A DNA stretch of 64,000 nt from positions 800,001-864,000 of the forward strand of contig CBDCXM010000009.1 in assembly GCA_965223855.1 (NCBI GenBank), given 5' to 3'. The notes under the pieces were generated by a model. It was not told the origin of the DNA and ran no database searches. It saw only the letters and a program-made list of their open reading frames with translations. The position numbers and the translations under genes were made by a program. The number at the start of each line of letters is the position of its first letter. The stretch's first letter is position 1. This DNA is from Candidatus Multivoradales bacterium. Its GTDB lineage: Bacteria > Acidobacteriota > Thermoanaerobaculia > Multivoradales > JAHEKO01. This document shows positions 57,445 through 64,000 of this stretch, one piece after another.

Positions 57445-57918
57445 TCAGCTCGCCGGGAAGTCGTCGCGCGGACCGTCGAGCGGGCAGGTGGGAACCTCGA
57501 ACCGGCCACTGTCACTTGCGACCCAGCCGGCTGAGGTGCGCGTCAGGACGCGCCAGTAGTAGCGGATGCCGACCTCGGCGCCGTCGATCGACGCTCCGGT
57601 TCGTTCCGCTGCGAGCTCACCGCTGGTCTCGAAGCGACCGAGTTCGAAGCCGTCGCGGAACTTGGTGATGTCGAGGCGCTGGGCGAGCACCGGAACGTCG
57701 GCCGGAGCCCAGGAGATGGAGACGCGAGGGATACGCGGAGCGCCGTCGAGGCAGTCCGAAGTGAACTCTCCCGGCACGGCGACGTTGTCGGCCACTCGCT
57801 CGGCGAGTTCGATCCGGAGGTCCTTCTCGGTCGCCGGTCGCATGAGGGTGGGCGGTGTCTCGGCGATGGCGACGGTTGCGAACAGTGCCGTCGCGAAGAG
57901 CGTGAGGTGTCGATGCAT
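57445..57918 (-). CDS. Secreted hypothetical protein, FN3-like beta domain
   Basis: GGGG RBS, signal peptide MHRHLTLFATALFATVAIA; ISW...QRLD..., GIRYYWRV...W..S; two Cys. Confidence 0.6.
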   Translation of the reverse strand: MHRHLTLFATALFATVAIAETPPTLMRPATEKDLRIELAERVADNVAVPGEFTSDCLDGAPRIPRVSISWAPADVPVLAQRLDITKFRDGFELGRFETSGELAAERTGASIDGAEVGIRYYWRVLTRTSAGWVASDSGRFEVPTCPLDGPRDDFPAS

Positions 57919-58058
57919 GTTGATCCCCCGTTCTGCGAGCGCACGGGCTCGCGTCGAGTGGTCTGGCGTACGCCGCGCCAGGGCGCGGCCGCCGCGATTT
58001 CGGAGCGGGCCGTCTCCCGGGGGCAATGTAGCAAACCCGTCCGACGCCGGCTGCGAGT

Positions 58059-59015
58059 TCAGTCGAGCCGGGTGCCCGGCAGATCCGCGATCTGCGCCTC
58101 GGGAAACGCTTCGAGCATCGCCGCGCGCAGCCCCTCGTAGTTTCCCCAGCGGCCGAAGTGACCTGCCGGGGCGTCGCGTGTCGGCAAGTGGGCGGCGATG
58201 ACCCGCGCGGGTGCGATCCGGTCTCTCACCATCGCGGCGCGCCACTCGCTCGACAGGAACCAGAACGGCAGCAGTGCCAGCTCGGTGCCCGCGAGGTGAT
58301 CGAGGTAGGGGGCGAAGTCCTCCATCTTCGCCTCGGTGTCGCCGAAGTGGAGGAACCGCTCGCCGCCGAACGTGACGATGAAGCCGAGGTTCTCGACCGG
58401 CGGGGTGCGCCGGCCGTGGTGGAGGTTGAGCACCTCGATCGTGATGCCGAAGTACTCGAGGGTCTCGATCGTCCCTTCGGCCGGAAGGACCGCGGTCACC
58501 CGATCGAGGATCGCGGGATCGTCGGTCGCTGCCTCGAGCAGCGCTACGGCCTGCGGCGTCGAGACGAATCGTGCTGAGGGCCGGTTCCGGAGGAAGCGCA
58601 CCACCGGCTCGGCGGCGAAGTGATCGCCGTGGAAGTGGGTGGCGAGGGCGACGTCGATCCCCGCTGCGCCGCCGGTCTCGAGCTCTTCGCGCAGCGGTGG
58701 CGGCACGACCTGATAGCCGGGAATGCCGCTGCCGAAGAAGCCGTCGACGACGACGCCGCGACCGCCGTCCGAGACCAGGAAGCCCTCGTTGCCGAGATAG
58801 GTGACGGCGAGTGCCGGTCGCGGAGGATCCGCCTCGGGCGGCGATGCCTTGTCGGGCTCGGCAGGTGGAGTCTCCGCGGGCGGGCTCTCCCCCGGCCGGG
58901 TGTCGGCGGCAGGTTGCTCTTCGCTCGGGCAGCAGTCGACCGCGGTCGTGCAACCGGCGACGGCCACGAGCGTCGCGGCAAACAGGAGCAGGAACGGCTT
59001 CGAGAGAACTCTCAT
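58059..59015 (-). CDS. Metallo-beta-lactamase fold lipoprotein
   Basis: Lipobox VAGC; YLGNEGFLV, THFHGDHF, NLGFIV, HFGDT, IAAH. Confidence 0.85.
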   Translation of the reverse strand: MRVLSKPFLLLFAATLVAVAGCTTAVDCCPSEEQPAADTRPGESPPAETPPAEPDKASPPEADPPRPALAVTYLGNEGFLVSDGGRGVVVDGFFGSGIPGYQVVPPPLREELETGGAAGIDVALATHFHGDHFAAEPVVRFLRNRPSARFVSTPQAVALLEAATDDPAILDRVTAVLPAEGTIETLEYFGITIEVLNLHHGRRTPPVENLGFIVTFGGERFLHFGDTEAKMEDFAPYLDHLAGTELALLPFWFLSSEWRAAMVRDRIAPARVIAAHLPTRDAPAGHFGRWGNYEGLRAAMLEAFPEAQIADLPGTRLD

Positions 59016-60052
59016 GGGGCGAGCAGGATCTTGGTGCAGCCCGGTCGACGCTCGGCGAACATGGCGTAGGCGTCGACGCCCTCCTCGAGCGACAGCCGGT
59101 GAGAGATCAGGCGGTCGAGATCGTAGCGCTCCGAGGCGATCACCGCGAGAGCGCGCTCCATGTAGCGGCGCGCCGGGCAGCGGCCGGCGCGGTAGGTGAG
59201 GTTGCGGTCGTAGGCTTCCCCGGGGGCGAAGGCGAAGCTCGCCTCGGTATGCACCCCGACCGCGGCCACGGTGCCGCCGTGGCGCACCAGGTCGACCGCG
59301 GTGCGGGTGGCCCCGGGGCTGCCGACCGCCTCGACCACCCCGTCGACACCACGTCCGCCGGTCGCTTCGAGCACCGCTGCCGGGCTGTTCCGCAGCTCGA
59401 CCGGCGTCGCCCCCCAGCCGGCGGCGAGTGCGAGCCGCTCGCCGATGCTGTCGATGGCGAAGACGCGCTCGGCACCGAGCTCCCGTGCCGCGACCACCGC
59501 CATCAGGCCCACGGGGCCGCAGCCGACGACGCCGATCGAGCGGCCCGGGGCGGCGCCCGCCCCCTCGGCGCCGAAGAAGCCGGTCGCCAGGATGTCGCCG
59601 GCCAGGAGCGCCAGGTCGAGTGGCGCTTCCCGTGGTGCGGCGACCAGCGACGCGTCGGCGAGCGGGATGCGGACGTACTCCGCCTGGCAGCCGTGAAGCC
59701 CACGCCCCTCCTCGACCCAACCGAGCAGTTGGCCGTGCTCACAACGCGCTGTCAGCCCGTCGTCGCAGTAGAAGCAGGAGCCGCAGCTCGTCGTGAACGG
59801 GCTCACCACGTCGTCGCCGACCGCGAACCGACGCACTTCCGAGCCTGTGGCGACGACCTCGCCGGCGAGCTCGTGCCCCATGACGGTGCCGGCATCGAGC
59901 CCGCGCTCGCGCCCGTGGTAGACGTGCAGATCGGAGCCGCAGATTCCCGCCCAGCGCACCCGCACCACCACGTCGCCGGGAGCGACGATGCCGGGATCGT
60001 CGACCGTGGCGACGGCGAGCGTCTCGACGTCCTGAAAGGTCAGAGCGCGCAT
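59012..60052 (-). CDS. Zinc-dependent medium-chain alcohol dehydrogenase
   Basis: GICGSDLH, GHELAG, CGSCFYC...C, GCGPVG. Confidence 0.92.
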   Translation of the reverse strand: MRALTFQDVETLAVATVDDPGIVAPGDVVVRVRWAGICGSDLHVYHGRERGLDAGTVMGHELAGEVVATGSEVRRFAVGDDVVSPFTTSCGSCFYCDDGLTARCEHGQLLGWVEEGRGLHGCQAEYVRIPLADASLVAAPREAPLDLALLAGDILATGFFGAEGAGAAPGRSIGVVGCGPVGLMAVVAARELGAERVFAIDSIGERLALAAGWGATPVELRNSPAAVLEATGGRGVDGVVEAVGSPGATRTAVDLVRHGGTVAAVGVHTEASFAFAPGEAYDRNLTYRAGRCPARRYMERALAVIASERYDLDRLISHRLSLEEGVDAYAMFAERRPGCTKILLAP

Positions 60053-60061
60053 CTCGTGGAG

Positions 60062-61630
60062 TCAGCCGACGAACGGCAGCAGCACGTCCTCGAGATAGCT
60101 GTCGAAGGCGCCGGCGTCGGTGACGAAGGGCGGCCTCGTCATCGCATCGGCGCAGGAGGTGTCGATCGCCCGCGGATCGCCGCTCTCGATCAGCTCGGCC
60201 CACATGCCGTGAACGCACTCCCACGAGTCGGCAAGATCGAACGGCCCATGCTGGCCCTCGTCGAGGATGACGTGGCGGGAGTTCGGAAAGAGCTCGGCGG
60301 CCTCGGTCGCGTACTCGGGAGGGGTCACCGGATCGAGCGCGCCGGAGAGCATCAGGGTGGGGATCGGCAGCGGTCGCGGTTCGTCGACTCCGAGCGGCGG
60401 CACCCGCTCGTGAGGCCAGTGGCGGCATCCCTGGAGCTGCTGCTCGAGGCGGTAGTTGCCGACCAGCGTCCGGGCGCCTCGTCGTCGCGCCTCTTCGACG
60501 TCGAACTCCATCATCTCGGAACATTGAACGGTGAGCGCCAGCCCGGTGGCGAGCGCGCCGCGGAAGGTGCGCTCGATGAGGACCGCCAGGGTGGTGAGCG
60601 GGCGCCAGTCGTCCGCGACCTTGGCGCGATGGACCGCCCACGGCAGGGCGCGCGACGTCGTGGTGAAGTAGAGCACCAGCCGCAACTGCTCGGTCAGCCA
60701 CTGGCGCCCGACGTCGACGGTGAGCGTCCGCTCGGGATCCTGCGGGTCGGGCATCGTCACCCGGCGCGGCCCGGCATCGAGGCTCTCGAGCAGCTCTCGG
60801 GTCCAGGCGTCGAGATCGGGAGTGACGCCGTGGCACGGCGGTGAGGCGGCGCACAGTTCCTCGAGCCGACCGAGCACGCGATCTGTCCACACGCCGCGCT
60901 CGGCGAGGTTGTCGCGCGCCGCCCAGCCGATGCCGAACATCGACGCCACGCTGTCGGGATGGCGCTGCGCGTAGACCGTCATCGCGGCGGTGCCGTACGA
61001 GCCGCCGCGCAGATGGAGCTGTTCGTAGCCGAGGGTGGTGCGCACCTCTTCGACGTCGTCGGCGAAACGGGCGCTGGTGTAGAGGCGGGTGTCGGTCTGT
61101 GCGGCGATCTCCTCCGCGCAGGCGACGACGTCGTCCACCGGGTACATCTCGCGCAGCTCCCCCTCCACGAATTCCGGGTCCCAGTCGCACTCGAGCGGGT
61201 TCGAGCGGCCGGTGCCGCGCTGATCGACCAGCACGATGTCGCGAGCGCGCACCGGCCCGGCGTAGACCGAGCCGACGGCGCGCCGGGTGGCGGCGCCGCC
61301 GGGACCACCTTCGAACACGAACACCGCCTCCGGGGGCGGCATGTCGCTGGTCGACGGCACGACCACGATCTCGAGCGAGATCGTCCGGCTGTCGGGGTCG
61401 GAGCGGTTCTCCGGCACCGCGAGCCGCCCGCACAGAAGCGTCTCGGGAGATCCCGGAACTTCGCACGGCTCGAGCAGCGGCAGCCGGGTCGCGGCCGCGG
61501 CGGCATGGTCGTGTGCGGCTGCGCCCTCGCCGGATGCGGAATCGTCCGGCGACGGGTCGGGCGGAGTGAGCCCGTGCGAGCAGCCGAGAAGCCCAAGCCC
61601 GAGGCACAACGGAAGCAGGCGAACCGTCAT
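60062..61630 (-). CDS. Alpha/beta hydrolase lipoprotein (S33/TAP-like peptidase)
   Basis: Lipobox LLGC; CGRLAVPENR, GGPG, DQRGTG.S.PL.C, GGSYGT, G.LDPVTPP, GQHG. Confidence 0.85.
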   Translation of the reverse strand: MTVRLLPLCLGLGLLGCSHGLTPPDPSPDDSASGEGAAAHDHAAAAATRLPLLEPCEVPGSPETLLCGRLAVPENRSDPDSRTISLEIVVVPSTSDMPPPEAVFVFEGGPGGAATRRAVGSVYAGPVRARDIVLVDQRGTGRSNPLECDWDPEFVEGELREMYPVDDVVACAEEIAAQTDTRLYTSARFADDVEEVRTTLGYEQLHLRGGSYGTAAMTVYAQRHPDSVASMFGIGWAARDNLAERGVWTDRVLGRLEELCAASPPCHGVTPDLDAWTRELLESLDAGPRRVTMPDPQDPERTLTVDVGRQWLTEQLRLVLYFTTTSRALPWAVHRAKVADDWRPLTTLAVLIERTFRGALATGLALTVQCSEMMEFDVEEARRRGARTLVGNYRLEQQLQGCRHWPHERVPPLGVDEPRPLPIPTLMLSGALDPVTPPEYATEAAELFPNSRHVILDEGQHGPFDLADSWECVHGMWAELIESGDPRAIDTSCADAMTRPPFVTDAGAFDSYLEDVLLPFVG

Positions 61631-61702
61631 GCCGGCAGTCTACGGGAGGCCGAGACGGCATCGTCGCTGGCGCGTGAAGAGGGGTGGGCTTAAGCTGCAA
61701 CG

Positions 61703-63067
61703 ATGGACGAGGAACTGAGGACTCTGCTCGCCGAGACGCACGAGCGCGCGGTCGCCTACCTGGACCGCCTCGACGAACGGCCGGTGGCGCCGACCTCCGA
61801 GGCGCGCGCGGCGTTGTCGCGGTTCCACGAGCCGCTCCCCGAGGAGCCGACGGCGGCGCGCGACGTGCTGGCGCTGCTCGACGACATCGGTTCTCCGGCG
61901 ACGACGGCGGTCGCCGGAGGGCGGTACTTCGGCTACGTCATCGGCGGCGTGCTGCCCGCCGCGCTCGGCGCCAACTGGCTCGCCGGCGCCTGGGATCAGC
62001 CGACCGGGCTCTACGACTTCACACCGGCGACGGCGACGCTCGAGATCGTCGCCCTCGACTGGCTGATCGAGCTCCTCGGGCTGCCCTCGGATTGCGGCGG
62101 CGGCTTCGTCACCGGGGCGACGATGGCCAACTTCTCGGCGCTGGCGGCGGCGCGCCATGCGGTGCTCGGCGAGGTCGGCTGGAACGTCGAGGCGGACGGC
62201 CTCTTCGGTGCGCCACCGATCACCGTGATCGTCGGCGAGGAAACGCATCCGACGCTCTTCAAGTCGCTGGGGATGCTCGGCCTCGGACGCGAGAGGGTCG
62301 TGCGGGTTCCGGTCGACGACCAGGGGCGGATGCTCGCCGACGCGCTGCCGCCGGTCGAAGGACCGACGATCGTCTGTACCCAGGCTGGCAACGTCAACAG
62401 CGGCGCCTTCGACCCGGTCGGCGAGATCGCGAGGCGGGTGAGGCCGGAGGGGGCGTGGGTGCATGTCGACGGCGCCTTCGGCCTCTGGGCGATGGCGTGT
62501 CCGCGTTTCGCCGACGAGATGGCGGGGACCGAGGAGGCGGACTCGTGGGCGACCGACGCTCACAAGACCCTCAACGTCCCCTACGACAGCGGCCTCGTGT
62601 TCCTGCGCCGCCCCGAGCTGCTGCGCGCGGCGATGGCGGTGACCGCCGAGTACCTGCCGACGACGACGCGGCGCCAGCCGTCCGACTACACCCCGGAACT
62701 GTCGCGACGCGCCCGCGGTGTCGAGGTGTGGGCCGCCCTTCGCCAGCTCGGCCGCAGCGGCTTCGTCGCCATGGTCGAGCGGCTCCACGACCATGCGCTG
62801 CGCTTCGCCGCCGGGCTCGAGGAGGGGGGGCACGAGGTGCTCAACGAGGTCGTCTTCAACCAGGTGGTGGTGGCGTTCGGCGACGCGGCGACGACCGAGC
62901 GGGTGATCGCCGCGATCCAGGCGGACGGCAGCTGCTGGTGCGGCCCTACCGAGTGGCGCGGCCGGCGGGCGATGCGGATCAGCGTCTCTTCGTGGCGAAC
63001 TTCCGACGAGGACGTCGAGAGGAGCCTCCGGGCAATCATCGACATTGCCGCAGAAGTCATTCGTTGA
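61703..63067 (+). CDS. Group II PLP-dependent decarboxylase
   Basis: GRYFGYVIGG, FVTGATMAN, AGNVNSGAFD, WVHVDGAFG, DSWATDAHK (PLP Lys), PELSRRARG. Confidence 0.9.
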   Translation: MDEELRTLLAETHERAVAYLDRLDERPVAPTSEARAALSRFHEPLPEEPTAARDVLALLDDIGSPATTAVAGGRYFGYVIGGVLPAALGANWLAGAWDQPTGLYDFTPATATLEIVALDWLIELLGLPSDCGGGFVTGATMANFSALAAARHAVLGEVGWNVEADGLFGAPPITVIVGEETHPTLFKSLGMLGLGRERVVRVPVDDQGRMLADALPPVEGPTIVCTQAGNVNSGAFDPVGEIARRVRPEGAWVHVDGAFGLWAMACPRFADEMAGTEEADSWATDAHKTLNVPYDSGLVFLRRPELLRAAMAVTAEYLPTTTRRQPSDYTPELSRRARGVEVWAALRQLGRSGFVAMVERLHDHALRFAAGLEEGGHEVLNEVVFNQVVVAFGDAATTERVIAAIQADGSCWCGPTEWRGRRAMRISVSSWRTSDEDVERSLRAIIDIAAEVIR

Positions 63068-63140
63068 TCGGGGTTTACAAGGGGCGGTACCTCCTCGTAG
63101 ACTGCCGCCTCATTTGCCTCTGACTGACCAAGGAGAGACC

Positions 63141-63725
63141 ATGCGGAAGACAACCCTGCTACTGGCCCTGCTCGCCCTGGTGGCCTTCGCGCCCGCCGTG
63201 GATGCGCAGAGCGCCCGTACCGACGGCACCTTCGTCTACGACCCGAGCGCGCAGCCGAAGCCGCCCGAGGATGGCGACGACGACTGCCCGCCGAGCACGA
63301 TCATCAACTCGACGCCGTTCAACGACACGGGCGACACCTGTGGCAACACGAACACCATCACCACCTACTCGGGTACCTGCACGCTCCCGTTCCCCTACGG
63401 CGGTGAGGATCAGGTCTACGGCCTGACCGTCGGTGGCGGCGCGAACATCAACATCTCCGCCGATCTCACCGGCTCGACAGGCGACCTCGCGCTCTTCATC
63501 GTCGGCACCTGCGGCGACGGCAGCACCTGTGTCGCCAACTCCCAGGACTCCATCGGCCCCGGCGCGGGTCCCGAGGAGATCCTCGGTTTTTCGGCGGCGG
63601 TCGGGAACTACTTCCTCTACGTCGACTCGTACTACAACGCCGGCAGCCCCGGTTCGTGCGGCACGTTCGACCTGGACGTCACGGGCACGATTCCGGCCGA
63701 GCTGGTCGAGTTCGAGATTCACTGA
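63141..63725 (+). CDS. Secreted protein with PPC-like beta domain and C-terminal PAELVEFEIH tail
   Basis: AAGGAG RBS; signal peptide; GDTCG, DQVY, DLALFI..C, GNYFLYVDSY; ends IPAELVEFEIH. Confidence 0.72.
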   Translation: MRKTTLLLALLALVAFAPAVDAQSARTDGTFVYDPSAQPKPPEDGDDDCPPSTIINSTPFNDTGDTCGNTNTITTYSGTCTLPFPYGGEDQVYGLTVGGGANINISADLTGSTGDLALFIVGTCGDGSTCVANSQDSIGPGAGPEEILGFSAAVGNYFLYVDSYYNAGSPGSCGTFDLDVTGTIPAELVEFEIH

Positions 63726-63746
63726 ATCGGATCGAGCTGCAAGCCG

Positions 63747-63780
63747 AACCCCGTCGCCGGCCCGGCGGCGGGGTTTTTCT
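63747..63780 (+). terminator. Rho-independent terminator
   Basis: AACCCCGTCGCCG-gcc-CGGCGGCGGGGTT hairpin running into TTTTTCT, ~20 nt after the stop at 63725. Confidence 0.8.
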
Positions 63781-63798
63781 TGCAAGGAGTGATCGAAA

Positions 63799-64000
63799 CT
63801 GAAGCTGCTGCCCGTCTTCTCGGCCCTACTGGCGCTCGCCGGCGTCGCGACAGCCGAAGAGCGGCCCGAGAAGGCCCTCGGCGCGACCGGCATCCCCGGG
63901 TCGCTGACGATCGAGGAGGCCCACGCCGACTTCGGTGAGCGCTACGCCTCCGACGAGGTCGAGTGGCAGTGGCGGGTCAGGAACGAGGGCGAGGTCCCGG
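63799..64000 (+). CDS. Secreted DUF1573/Ig-like protein, runs off the window end; CTG start
   Basis: AAGGAG at 63784-63789; translation (L)KLLPVFSALLALAGVATA...HADFGE......WRVRNEGEVP; in-frame TGA at 63790-63792 upstream. Confidence 0.55.
   Translation, partial: MKLLPVFSALLALAGVATAEERPEKALGATGIPGSLTIEEAHADFGERYASDEVEWQWRVRNEGEVP

Overview
High-GC bacterial chromosomal window, gene-dense, with no rRNA, tRNA, CRISPR array or transposase detected. Gene style (IFxDGFESG-tailed secreted proteins, CHAT/ECF modules, Hanks kinases, tandem lepB) suggests Acidobacteriota, probably Thermoanaerobaculia-like (inference). Housekeeping genes (pyrD-pyrF, two lepB, comEA, cutA, typA, recQ, mltA) are mixed with accessory loci. 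The main highlight is a compact RiPP cluster at ~15.2-22.9 kb: SagB-type dehydrogenase, S53 sedolisin protease, a 71-aa Nif11-like precursor with no double-glycine site and a core ending YDDPDTTCAA, a fused leader-binding/YcaO cyclodehydratase and a B12 radical-SAM methyltransferase. A double-domain Ser/Thr kinase sits 6 nt upstream of it. Other highlights: a lipoprotein TPR-CHAT (caspase-like) protease operon with a small Cys/Pro-rich lipoprotein, an ECF sigma and an anti-sigma; five unrelated secreted proteins sharing a C-terminal IFxDGFESGxxxxWS tail (candidate sorting signal); a 185-nt intergenic rod hairpin with 10 G-U and no A-C pairs in its outer stem; and a DUF4331/SigK-RskA module with a matching ECF promoter. 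All family assignments come from motif recognition by eye, not database searches.
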